Assembly: GCA_051439465.1 (NCBI GenBank)
Contig: JBFRWF010000101.1
Location: 12,448-76,447 of the forward strand
Origin: Xenococcaceae cyanobacterium
GTDB lineage: Bacteria > Cyanobacteriota > Cyanobacteriia > Cyanobacteriales > JBFRWF01
Direction: 5' to 3'
DNA length: 64,000 nucleotides
The translations under genes were made by a program, and so were the position numbers. Under the pieces are notes generated by a model that saw only the letters and a program-made list of their open reading frames with translations, did no database searches and had not been told where the DNA came from. Shown here piece by piece: positions 19,163-28,273 of the stretch; within the stretch, counting starts at the first letter, position 1, and each line of letters begins with the position of its first letter.

Positions 19163-19798
19163 ATGACAACTCTCAAAGCTAGCAAATTAACCTTGGAAAA
19201 TGTTGAACATCTTTTGAGCATAGAAGAAAAGTATGATGGCTCATTTATCCCCTTGTTATCCCTTGAACCTATAACCAAAGTTGAGCAGCAGGAACTCGTG
19301 CAAATTCGGAATGATTTTCGTCCTTACCTGAAAGGGCAAAAAGCCTTAGAAGGACAGGTGAGGCTAGTTGCTGTTGCTCCATTACTGCGATTGGCTGGCT
19401 TTTATCCCTATCCTATCCACCTCAATGTAGAAGAAGATATTGCTAGGATTTACATCGAAGATGAAGACGCAATCATTACAGGTCAGTTTGACATTATAGC
19501 GGTTAATAAAGACCCCTCGAAAACAACAAATGTAGATTTTTGGGTTTTGGTGATTGAAACTAAAAGGATTGAATTGAATGCCTTTGAAGGTTTACCTCAA
19601 TTACTTACTTATGCCTATCAAAGTTTACAGCACCAAGAATCAGTATGGGTACTGGCGACAAACGGAATGGATTATCGGTTTGTGTATATCCAACGAGGGA
19701 ATCCGCCAACTTATCAGCAGATGCCAATACTAAATATGTTTGAATCTGAGTCGGCAATAAAGTTGCTACAAGTTCTCAAAGCTATTTGCAAGTTATAA
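19163..19798 (+). CDS. Small HsdR-N-like PD-(D/E)xK family protein
   Basis: GQFDII...LVIETKR, GLPQLLTY, ATNGMDYRF; stand-alone, with no hsdMS nearby. Confidence 0.65.
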   Translation: MTTLKASKLTLENVEHLLSIEEKYDGSFIPLLSLEPITKVEQQELVQIRNDFRPYLKGQKALEGQVRLVAVAPLLRLAGFYPYPIHLNVEEDIARIYIEDEDAIITGQFDIIAVNKDPSKTTNVDFWVLVIETKRIELNAFEGLPQLLTYAYQSLQHQESVWVLATNGMDYRFVYIQRGNPPTYQQMPILNMFESESAIKLLQVLKAICKL

Positions 19799-19817
19799 CA
19801 TACCTCAGAAAACCACA

Positions 19818-21194
19818 ATGTTAACTATAGCTCCAATTAGTGACCTGCTCCATCAGCAGCGGCAATTTTTCGCCACTGGCAAAACTAAAGATGTTGCCTT
19901 TAGGATAGAACAACTCAAACGGCTCAAACAAGCCATTACCAACCACCAAAGAGCCATTCTCGATGCCCTGAAGGCTGACCTCAACAAACCAGAGTTTGAG
20001 GGCTATTTTGAAATAACCGTTATCCAAGACATCAATTACGCTCTCAAACATATTAAATCTTGGATTAAGCCCAAGAAAGTGAAAGCCCCTCTAAATCAAT
20101 TCCCAGCATCTGCCCGCATTTATCCGGAACCCCTGGGGATGGTTCTGATTATTGGCCCTTGGAATTATCCATTTTCTCTGATGATATCGCCTTTGATCGG
20201 GGCGATCGCTGCTGGTAACTGTGTCATCCTGAAACCCTCAGAAATAGCACCCCAAACCTCCCATGTCCTAGCTGATATAATCAACAACACCTTCGAACCC
20301 GGTTATATTGCAGTAGTTGAAGGCGGTGTAGAAACCAGTCAACAACTACTAGCAGAAAGATTTGACCACATCTTCTTCACTGGCGGCACCAGAGTAGGCA
20401 AAATCATCATGGAAGCCGCTGCCAAAAATCTGACACCTGTCACCCTCGAATTAGGCGGCAAAAGCCCCTGTATTGTGGATGCCGATGTCAACATTCAAGA
20501 GGCTGCCAAGCGCATCACCTGGGGCAAGTTTATCAATGCTGGCCAAACCTGTATTGCTCCGGATTATCTATTAGTGGATAGTACAGTGAAAAAAGACTTA
20601 TTAGCTGGCATCCAAGAATGTATTCAAGAATTTTATGGCGATGATCCCGCCACCAGCCCAGATTATGCCCGGATTGTCAGTGACAAACAATTTGAGCGGC
20701 TGACGGGATTGCTAAAAGATGGCAAAATTCTCACAGGGGGTCAAACTAATTCAGATGAACGCTACATTGCCCCGACGGTGATGGAAAATGTCTCTCTAGA
20801 TGCACCGTTGATGCAAGAGGAGATATTTGGCCCGATTCTGCCGGTGCTGGAGTACACAGATTTAGAAGAGGCGATCGCACTGATTAACAACCGCTCCAAA
20901 CCCCTCGCACTCTACTTATTCTCCAAAGATAAAGCCAAGCAGAAGCGAGTCTTACAAGCAACCTCATCCGGTGGTGTCTGTATTAACGATACTATCCTGC
21001 AAGTTGGTGTTGCTGAATTACCCTTTGGTGGTGTTGGTGACAGTGGCATCGGCAGTTATCACGGCAAAACTAGTTTTGATACCTTTTCCCACCAAAAAAG
21101 TGTCTTGCAAAAATCTTTCCTTTTTGATCTCAACTGGCGATACGCGCCTTATAAAGAGAAGTTGCAGCAACTAAAGCGATTGTTTGATCGCTGA
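19818..21194 (+). CDS. Aldehyde dehydrogenase (ALDH3 type)
   Basis: EPLG.VLIIGPWNYP, FFTGG, LELGGKSP, GQTCIAPDY, EEIFGP, FGGVG.SG.G.YHG. Confidence 0.95.
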   Translation: MLTIAPISDLLHQQRQFFATGKTKDVAFRIEQLKRLKQAITNHQRAILDALKADLNKPEFEGYFEITVIQDINYALKHIKSWIKPKKVKAPLNQFPASARIYPEPLGMVLIIGPWNYPFSLMISPLIGAIAAGNCVILKPSEIAPQTSHVLADIINNTFEPGYIAVVEGGVETSQQLLAERFDHIFFTGGTRVGKIIMEAAAKNLTPVTLELGGKSPCIVDADVNIQEAAKRITWGKFINAGQTCIAPDYLLVDSTVKKDLLAGIQECIQEFYGDDPATSPDYARIVSDKQFERLTGLLKDGKILTGGQTNSDERYIAPTVMENVSLDAPLMQEEIFGPILPVLEYTDLEEAIALINNRSKPLALYLFSKDKAKQKRVLQATSSGGVCINDTILQVGVAELPFGGVGDSGIGSYHGKTSFDTFSHQKSVLQKSFLFDLNWRYAPYKEKLQQLKRLFDR

Positions 21195-21196
21195 TA

Positions 21197-21343
21197 CCAA
21201 ATCCGGGTTAACTACCCCTTTTTTGAGGGTAGTAGGGAACTTCGGATCAGGGAACAGGGAACAGGGAACGGGGAACGGAGAGAGGGGAACAGGGGAAGAA
21301 AAAGACAACAAATTGATAAAGGGGGTTTTAGACCCGGATTTCG
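21197..21343. mobile_element. MITE, about 147 bp, same family as 2939-3083
   Basis: TA-CCAAATCCGGGTTAACTACCCC ... GGGGGTTTTAGACCCGGATTTCG-TA, directly after the ALDH stop. Confidence 0.8.
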
Positions 21344-21621
21344 TATGAATTCTTAACACAGGACTAAGGCGATCGCTCCCCTTTACTGAAATGCGATCGC
21401 CCTTGTTTACTTATTTATACTATACTGATTGACAAAATGACAATAATCTGCATTGGTGAAAGGGGAGCTGTTTAGACCCTTTGCTCAGTAGGATAAGCAG
21501 GGCAATACAGCTTAATCAGTAAAAACAATTCGTCAAAAGTTGAAAAATATCTTAAGATTGGTAAAGATAAGTATATTGACAACTTACACCTAACAACAAG
21601 CAATAGACTAGGAGGACATCT

Positions 21622-22701
21622 ATGGCGCTCGTACCAATGCGACTGCTTTTGGAGCACGCTGCTGAAAATAATTATGGTATCCCTGCATATAACGTCAACA
21701 ACATGGAGCAAATCCTGTCAATTATGCAGGCTGCCGAAGAAGCGAATAGCCCCGTAATCTTGCAAGCTTCTCGCGGTGCCCGCAAATATGCCGGGGAGAA
21801 CTTCCTCCGCCATTTGGTGACAGCAGCGGTGGAAACCTATCCCCACATTCCCATTGCCTTGCACCAGGATCATGGCAATAGCCCAGCCACCTGCTATTCC
21901 GCGATTCGTCATGGTTTCACCAGCGTCATGATGGATGGCTCCCTAGAAGCAGATGCCAAAACTCCAGCTAGCTTCGAGTACAACGTCAATGTCACCGCTG
22001 AAGTGGTGAAAGTTGCTCACTCCATCGGTGTCAGTGTTGAAGGTGAACTGGGTTGCCTGGGTTCTCTGGAAACCATGAGTGGTGAAAAAGAAGATGGTCA
22101 CGGTTTTGAAGGTACTTTAAGTAAAGAGCAATTGTTGACCGATCCTGATGAAGCTGTTGAATTTGTAGAGCGCACCCAAGTAGATGCTCTGGCTGTCGCT
22201 ATTGGTACCAGCCACGGCGCTTACAAGTTTACCCGCAAGCCGACGGGAGAAATTTTGGCAATCAGCCGGATTGAGGAAATCCACAGCCGCTTGCCCAACA
22301 CCCACTTGGTGATGCACGGTTCCTCCTCCGTCCCCCAAGAGTGGCTTGACATGATCAACCAGTACGGCGGTAGCATTCCTGAGACTTACGGTGTGCCTAT
22401 CGAAGAAATTCAAAAGGGCATTAAGAGCGGTGTGCGCAAGGTGAACATCGACACCGACAACCGCTTGGCGATCACCGCTGCCTTCCGTGAAGCTGCTGCT
22501 AAAGATCCCTCCAACTTTGACCCCCGCCACTTCCTGAAGCCTTCGATCAAGTACATGAAGCAAGTGTGCTTGGAGCGTTATGAAGCTTTCGGTACTGCCG
22601 GTAACGCCAGCAAGATCAAGCAAATGACTCTGGATGACTTCGCCGCTAAGTATGCCAAGGGTGAGTTGGCTGCTCACACCAAGAAGAGTGTGGCTGTCTA
22701 A
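21622..22701 (+). CDS. fbaA: Class II fructose-bisphosphate aldolase
   Basis: [42 protein letters not shown]; GGAGG RBS. Confidence 0.97.
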   Translation: MALVPMRLLLEHAAENNYGIPAYNVNNMEQILSIMQAAEEANSPVILQASRGARKYAGENFLRHLVTAAVETYPHIPIALHQDHGNSPATCYSAIRHGFTSVMMDGSLEADAKTPASFEYNVNVTAEVVKVAHSIGVSVEGELGCLGSLETMSGEKEDGHGFEGTLSKEQLLTDPDEAVEFVERTQVDALAVAIGTSHGAYKFTRKPTGEILAISRIEEIHSRLPNTHLVMHGSSSVPQEWLDMINQYGGSIPETYGVPIEEIQKGIKSGVRKVNIDTDNRLAITAAFREAAAKDPSNFDPRHFLKPSIKYMKQVCLERYEAFGTAGNASKIKQMTLDDFAAKYAKGELAAHTKKSVAV

Positions 22702-22752
22702 GATTGGAAAACAGACAAATTATTGTGTTTGTCTGAGTAAATAGCTGAATTG

Positions 22753-22786
22753 CCTGGGTGGTTGTTGAAAGCTACCCAGCTTTTTT
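22753..22786 (+). terminator. Rho-independent terminator after fba
   Basis: Stem CTGGGTGG / CTACCCAG followed by TTTTTT. Confidence 0.7.
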
Positions 22787-22809
22787 GGTGACACTATCTC
22801 AGTTCATTT

Positions 22810-23025
22810 TTATGTGGACGTGCTACCGCTGCCTCCTACTGAAGACTGAATTCTAGCAGTTAGCTGTTCTTCCCAATCAGGATCATTCATATCGAGAGTG
22901 ACCATTCGTCCTTCGGCCTTTGAGCGATCAACGTATGCCTGAAATGCATCTTGATCCTCACGGTGAGTAAGCATATATCGGCGTAGCTCATCAAGGCTCA
23001 TAGATTGGTATTCAGAAGTTGTCAT
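22810..23025 (-). CDS. Small cyanobacterial protein (DUF6887-like), putative antitoxin-type partner
   Basis: MSLDELRRYMLTHREDQDAFQAY; start overlaps the stop of the upstream small gene. Confidence 0.6.
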   Translation of the reverse strand: MTTSEYQSMSLDELRRYMLTHREDQDAFQAYVDRSKAEGRMVTLDMNDPDWEEQLTARIQSSVGGSGSTST

Positions 23026-23219
23026 GGCTCGTATCCTCCAGAGGGCTTGATCTCAAAATCAAGATCTTCTCCAGCAATAACGTAAAGGTTTCCTGTACGC
23101 TCATCTACTCGGACCAGCTCAATACTCTTGAACAGCCAACCAGGGTAGATCACGTTGGTAAGGCGATACACAACTCTGTAGAGTCCTTGAGCTTGTTCGT
23201 TTGTAGGTTGCGCACTCAC
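23022..23219 (-). CDS. Small cyanobacterial protein (DUF6888-like)
   Basis: PTNEQAQ...IELVRVDERTGNLYVIAGE; coupled two-gene unit with 22810-23025. Confidence 0.6.
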   Translation of the reverse strand: MSAQPTNEQAQGLYRVVYRLTNVIYPGWLFKSIELVRVDERTGNLYVIAGEDLDFEIKPSGGYEP

Positions 23220-23639
23220 TTAGTTTAACTCACCCAAATAATAAGTGGTTCAGGTATTTTAACCTGTAACCCAGAAGAGAACGCCATCAACAACCGAAAC
23301 CCTTGAAAAGACTATTTTACAACGAAGCCCGACCCTTTCGCCTACATGTCCGCTGCAGTGAAGGGTTAGACGCGACAGGCTAGACCAGCGATCGCACCTT
23401 GACAAATAATCATACTTGAAGAACCCTCAAACTGTTTGTAAAGCTGGTTTGAAGGGCGGAGCTTTTTGATTTTCAGGATAGTGCGATCGCACTTATGATA
23501 GGATTGCTATATCAGCTTATACCAAAAAAAATTGTAGATAAGCTTCATAGCACGATGCGGATCCTAATATGTCCGATGATTCTCTGTTAAAAATATTTCA
23601 GAAGTCCTACCAAAATACGGATTTAGCTCCTTTAGTCCA

Positions 23640-23864
23640 ATGGGTTCCGAGCATCCAGATGTGGCCTCCAGTCTCAACAACCTGGCTAATCTCTACTATT
23701 CTCAGGGGCGCTACAGTGAAGCTGAACCCCTGTACACCGAGGCTTTGGAGATTGCTCAAAGACGGCTAGGTCCAAACCATCCCAATACTGTTACTTTCCG
23801 TGAGAATCTTGAATCCCTGCGAGATCGCACTATGCCTCATCTACGAGGCTCGCGATCGCCCTAA
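23640..23864 (+). pseudogene. Isolated C-terminal TPR (kinesin-light-chain type) fragment
   Basis: GSEHPDVASSLNNLANLYYSQGRYSEAEPLY...LGPNHPNT: a single repeat with no upstream body. Confidence 0.75.
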
Positions 23865-24052
23865 TCAGGAGAACTCAATTCTTTTTGCGTTGTTAACATT
23901 CTAGTAACTCGCTTTGCCTTCTTGAAAAAATCTTCGTCCAGAGGGGGAATATCTGAGTAGTCAATCTCTTCATCTGACATCGTTTCGATTTCTTTGGCTC
24001 TTTCTTCGCTCATGGGCGAGATTTCATCAATTTGTTTGCGTACAGTAGTCAT
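23861..24052 (-). CDS. BrnA-like antitoxin (short)
   Basis: EEIDYSDIPPLDEDFFKKA motif; directly downstream of the brnT remnant. Confidence 0.65.
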   Translation of the reverse strand: MTTVRKQIDEISPMSEERAKEIETMSDEEIDYSDIPPLDEDFFKKAKRVTRMLTTQKELSSPD

Positions 24053-24190
24053 AATACAATTTCTTTTCTTGTTTGTTGGCTCGTCGTGCTGAGATAATCC
24101 TGATTCTTCCTTCTCTTTCAGTATAAACGACCGTGAGAATTACCATTTGGCTATTGCTGCCAATTGCAATATATCTTGTCTCTCCATGAG
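24027..24190 (-). pseudogene. BrnT toxin, C-terminal half only
   Basis: Hand translation HGETRYIAIGSNSQMVILTVVYTEREGRIRIISARRANKQEKKLY; the 5' part is replaced by the tandem repeat block. Confidence 0.8.
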
Positions 24191-24722
24191 CTACTTTTAT
24201 TTTGGCTGTTTCTTATCAGGTGTTTGAAAGGTTGTAAGAACGGGGGTTGAAAATTGGTGGGCTACGGCGGATAGTTAATTAGTAGGTTCGTTGGATAAGT
24301 TATCGCCGCCGTAGCCCACCCTACGAGCTACTTTTATTTTGGCTATTTCTTATCAGTTGTTTGAAAGATTGTCAGGAGCGGGGGTTGAAAATTGGGGGCT
24401 ACGGCGGATATTTAATTGGTAGGTTAGGGGGTGTCTGTAAAGTCCAAAATATTATGTAGGGGCGAAGCATTTGGGGGACAAATTATGCCTCAATTCCAAG
24501 TTTTTCTGTCCAAATGCTTCGCCCTCCCCAGGGTTTGCAGACAGACTCTAGTTGGATAAGTTATCGCCGCCTAGTCCACCCTAGGATATACTTTTATTTT
24601 GGCTGTTTCTTGGAAGGTGGTTGAAAGGTTGTCAGGAGCAGGGCTTGAAAATTGGTGGGCTACGGCGGATATTTACTTGGTGGGTTAGTTGGATAAGTTA
24701 TCGCCGCCTAGCCCACCCTACG
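24190..24722. repeat. Three tandem ~137-bp units, each with a REP-like hairpin
   Basis: Units start near 24190, 24327 and 24587; each carries GG(T)GGGCTACGGCGGATA ... TATCGCCGCC(G)TAG(C/T)CCACCCTA. Confidence 0.85.
24427..24548. mobile_element. 122-bp MITE inserted in the second tandem unit
   Basis: TA duplicated (the empty site GGTTAGTTGG is visible in unit 3); imperfect TIR GGGGGTGTCTGTAAA / TTTGCAGACAGACTC; internal GGGCGAAGCATTTGG...CCAAATGCTTCGCCC palindrome. Confidence 0.8.
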
Positions 24723-24808
24723 CAAGGGTTTAATATTTTCTTCTCCCTGCTCCCTGTTCCCTCTTGACTATAATAAAAGATGAGTTCTTTTCTTTATTTG
24801 CTTATGGC

Positions 24809-26389
24809 ATGTCTGTAGCTGAACCCTTGGATTTTCAACCCTACCTGCAATCAATCTGTAGTGAATACAAGTATTGGTGGACACACTACACTTTAATGAG
24901 TGTTGTTGGTCAGCCTTCATCTGAGGAAGAGGACATTTCCTCGCCGTTTGATTTTGGACAAGTGGTGCAAAGGCTGCAGCCTGAGCCAAGGGAAAAGGAA
25001 GAGGAACTGAGAACAGAACGGTTGTCAGTCCTTGAAGGTCTTCGTAAATATGCACGAGAGCATGTTTTATTGGTAGGGGCACCTGGTTTAGGGAAGTCAA
25101 CTGCTCTTAGGAGGCTATTGTTAGAGGAGGCACGGCAGGCAATTGCTGGCTTGGAATCCTCTTCGCCAAATGAAGCTATAAATATCACAATCCCTGTTCT
25201 GATAGAGTTACGATATCTTCAGTCTCAGACTGATGTGATAGAGCGAATCGAAGCATTTTTTTATCAGCACGACCCTAATTTACAGCTCAATAAAGCAACC
25301 CTGAAAATTTGGCTGCATCAGGGACGATTGCTGCTGTTGTTTGATGGGTTGAACGAAATCTCCTCGGAACAAGCACGACAAAGGGTGAGGGGATTTCGTC
25401 AGGACTACCGGAAAACACCGATGATTTTTACTACCCGGGATGTGAGCCTGGGTGGTAATCTGGGGATTAACAAATTCCTGGAAATGCAACCTCTGACCCA
25501 GAAGCAGATGGGAGATTTTGTTCAAGGGTATCTTCCAGAGCAGGGGGAGCAGTTGTTACGGCAGTTACATAACCGTTTGCTCCAATTGGGTCAAACGTCG
25601 CTACTGCTATGGATGTTATGCAGTCTATTTAAACATACAGGTAATGTACCTGCCAATCTAGGGTTAGTTTTTAGGCATTTTACTCAAGGTTATGAGAGGC
25701 ATCTGATCGAGGATGTGCCTGTATCGGCAGATTCCCGGCGCTGGTGGTCGCGTTTATTGCAATATCTGGCATTTGTGATGATGCAAGGGGAAATACCGAC
25801 GGAGTTTCGCGCCGCAATTCCCAGGGGGGAAGCTGAGATAATTCTGGCTGAATTTCTTCAGGGTAAGGTAGCTTATCCAGATGATTTGGTGCTGCGGTGT
25901 CTGGATGATTTGCTGAAATATCACTTGATTCAAGTTGGAAGTGGAGACCAAATTGAATTTCGCCACCAGTTGCTCCAAGAATACTATGCGGCAGAATATT
26001 TACTTCAACGGCTTCCCTCTCTTAGGAATGGGGAATTGAAGGATGATTATCTCAATTATCTGAAATGGACAGAACCTCTGATACTAATGTTGGCACTGGA
26101 GGATAGAGAGTCTCAGGCAATGGGAGTGGTTAATTTGGCTTTAGAGGTAGATTTAAAGTTAGGCGCTAGGCTGGCGGGAGCAGTATCGCCTGAGTTTCAG
26201 GTGCAAACAGTTAGTTTAATTGATGAGCTAAACATTCCTCAACCACTTAAAGTAGAGCTTTTGGGGAGCACGCGCTCTGATGAGGCGGTCTCGTTTCTCT
26301 GTGGTCAATTAAATGATGAAGACTCTTATGTGCGTGGGAGTGCCCCAAAAGCATTAGGGAATATCGGCAGTGAGTCAGCGATTAACTAA
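24809..26389 (+). CDS. NACHT NTPase with HEAT repeats, C-terminally truncated
   Basis: Walker A GAPGLGKST, Walker B LLLFDGLNE, FRHQLLQEYYAAE; stops inside the first full HEAT repeat (YVRGSAPKALGNIGSESAIN*). Confidence 0.8.
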   Translation: MSVAEPLDFQPYLQSICSEYKYWWTHYTLMSVVGQPSSEEEDISSPFDFGQVVQRLQPEPREKEEELRTERLSVLEGLRKYAREHVLLVGAPGLGKSTALRRLLLEEARQAIAGLESSSPNEAINITIPVLIELRYLQSQTDVIERIEAFFYQHDPNLQLNKATLKIWLHQGRLLLLFDGLNEISSEQARQRVRGFRQDYRKTPMIFTTRDVSLGGNLGINKFLEMQPLTQKQMGDFVQGYLPEQGEQLLRQLHNRLLQLGQTSLLLWMLCSLFKHTGNVPANLGLVFRHFTQGYERHLIEDVPVSADSRRWWSRLLQYLAFVMMQGEIPTEFRAAIPRGEAEIILAEFLQGKVAYPDDLVLRCLDDLLKYHLIQVGSGDQIEFRHQLLQEYYAAEYLLQRLPSLRNGELKDDYLNYLKWTEPLILMLALEDRESQAMGVVNLALEVDLKLGARLAGAVSPEFQVQTVSLIDELNIPQPLKVELLGSTRSDEAVSFLCGQLNDEDSYVRGSAPKALGNIGSESAIN

Positions 26390-27278
26390 GGAGAATGGGA
26401 GATATGTTGCAATTATACTAGTTGAGAGAGATAAAGGTCAAGCCTATGGAGAAGCTCTTAAAATTAAGAACGATTATCCCAATAACATAAATTATCGCCT
26501 AATAGGAAAGGCACAATCAGCAAATCCACGGGCTCTAGGCAGAAAATCGATGGTTTCGGGACTCAATCCTGGCTCATCCGTGGGACATATTCGAGGCTAT
26601 CCTGGAACCTTAGGGTGTCTGGTTAAAAGTACTGAGGAAGAGCAGGATTGGATTGGCTTTACTAGCTGTTCCCATGTTCTATCAATTAATAATACGGCGC
26701 AGGGAAATGATATTATTATCATGCCAGGACACCCAGACAAACCAAAGGTTAGTACTCATAAGATAGGAGTTATAGATAGATTCATTTACTTAACACACTA
26801 TTCCGATGAGCCGGGGATAAATGTTCTCAATTGTTCTGATGTTGCTCTGGTTAAGATAGAGCCGGGACGAAAAGGTGTTAAAATTCCGAAAACTAATCAA
26901 CTTGTAGACCCCGAAGATCAAATAAAAAGAATTGAACTTAAGGGGAGTTTAAATCGAGAAGAAAGTGTATATCGTCTTGGGGAGCTGGTGTTTAAGGTGG
27001 GAAGAAGTACGGATTTTACTGAGGGAGTTCTAGATATAGTAGGACTGCAAAGTCAGGCTATCCAACTTCCAGACAGAAAACTTTACGTCTACACTGATGT
27101 CCTTGGTGTCCAATGGATTAATAACAAGCCATTTAGTCAGCATGGGGATAGTGGGGCGTTGGTATATACTAAGGATGGTTACGCCCTTGGTTTTGTTATC
27201 GGTGCCAGTGAAGGTTTAACTTTTGTCTCTCCTATTGTTAACTGCCTTGAAGACATACGTGCTGAGCTAATTTTGTGA
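26370..27278 (+). CDS. Trypsin-like (Nal1-type) serine protease, N-terminus probably truncated
   Basis: GTLGCLV, triad TSCSHVL / DVALV / GDSGA, VFKVGRST. Confidence 0.8.
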   Translation: MSQRLTKENGRYVAIILVERDKGQAYGEALKIKNDYPNNINYRLIGKAQSANPRALGRKSMVSGLNPGSSVGHIRGYPGTLGCLVKSTEEEQDWIGFTSCSHVLSINNTAQGNDIIIMPGHPDKPKVSTHKIGVIDRFIYLTHYSDEPGINVLNCSDVALVKIEPGRKGVKIPKTNQLVDPEDQIKRIELKGSLNREESVYRLGELVFKVGRSTDFTEGVLDIVGLQSQAIQLPDRKLYVYTDVLGVQWINNKPFSQHGDSGALVYTKDGYALGFVIGASEGLTFVSPIVNCLEDIRAELIL

Positions 27279-27508
27279 GCAATGATTCTAAGAAAAACTT
27301 ATTTGAGCTGCGGGATGAATTGCTAGCAGAAATTCAAAAGTACCCAGGGGTTCTTTCTGTAGGTATTACTAAGAAAGATGGTAAATTTGTATTTTTGGTA
27401 TCAATCGAGGGAGAGAAATATACAGCTGGTGTCCCATCTAATTTTGCCGGGTATGAGGTTGAAGTAAGAGATCTCGGTCGCCCAACAGCTCATGTTGCCA
27501 GATTTTAA
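27275..27508 (+). CDS. Small protein resembling a stand-alone Nal1-protease N-terminal domain
   Basis: GVLSVGITKKDG...VPSNFAGYEVEVRDLG; GTG start overlaps the protease stop (GTGA). Confidence 0.55.
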   Translation: MSNDSKKNLFELRDELLAEIQKYPGVLSVGITKKDGKFVFLVSIEGEKYTAGVPSNFAGYEVEVRDLGRPTAHVARF

Positions 27509-27529
27509 ATGAGGAGAAAAAATATTTCT

Positions 27530-28023
27530 ATGACTGACATTAACACCCTAAGCGATCGCGCGGTAATCCAGGCTCTTTCTCTGGTTGTAGAATCCTGGAT
27601 TGAGAATCGAGGTATGGAAGCATGGGTATGCTGCAAGAAGCACAAAAAGCTCAAACAAAACTCCAAGTAGCGCTTCCAGAATGGACAATTACGCCTATGA
27701 GCAATGAGTCGGAGGCAGCTAAGTTTTGTCGAAAAATGCTCCATGTCTTGCTCAATGGCAAAGATGATAAGATTAAGGGTTGGACTCAGGCGGCAATAGA
27801 AGAAGTAAGTCGTGCTAAAGCCCAGGCGCTAGATCCAGTATCTGCACTTATTTTCAGTTTTACTGTGATTGGCGGGATACTTGCTGCAAGAGTAAAGACA
27901 ATCAAAAGTAATGAGAAAGGTACTGAGATTGGGTTTTGGGAGGGAATGCCAGAGGGTGTAGATAGGATTATCAAAGCTGGTGCCAGTGCTCTCTTACCAG
28001 AATTGCCGGAGAAAAAAAAGTAA
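27530..28023 (+). pseudogene. Hypothetical protein of about 165 aa split by a frameshift near 27625
   Basis: GAGGAG RBS and ATG at 27530 (MTDINTLSDRAVIQALSLVVESWIENRGMEAW) continue in another frame as MLQEAQKAQTKLQ.... Confidence 0.6.
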
Positions 28024-28191
28024 GGCGATCGCTCTGTTGAAACCAACTTTGTCAGTTTTGATTCTCTATGTATTTCCTCAAAGTTTTTATACTTACACCA
28101 ACACAAGAAGCTATGAAATAAGATTCACTCCAAAACATTAAGCTCAGAAACTGCTCTTGCGCTACTTACAAAATCTTTTTTCATTTCACTG

Positions 28192-28220
28192 TTGACAAAA
28201 TACCATACATTCACTATGAT
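28192..28220 (+). promoter_or_regulatory. Sigma70-type promoter of the tnpB element
   Basis: TTGACA-N17-TATGAT, followed by an AGGAGG RBS. Confidence 0.7.
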
Positions 28221-28273
28221 AGATGAAAGTAGTAAAATATCGATTTATGTATTAGGAGGTGAGAACAGAACAG

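Noticed and set aside
19163-19798. Type I restriction-modification system
   Set aside because: No helicase motor, methyltransferase or specificity subunit nearby.
22117-22677. 186-aa antisense ORF, and the many other ORFs opposite smc, recN, the PKS and the kinase
   Set aside because: Shadow frames of well-supported genes, with no recognisable motifs.
23280-23480. Possible structured ncRNA (ACCCTTTCGC...GTGAAGGGT hairpin)
   Set aside because: I could not match it to tRNA, tmRNA, rnpB, SRP, 6S or a tracrRNA; one modest hairpin is insufficient. An Rfam/Infernal search would decide.
24190-24722. CRISPR array
   Set aside because: The units are ~137 bp and homologous along their whole length; there are no unique spacers and no cas genes.
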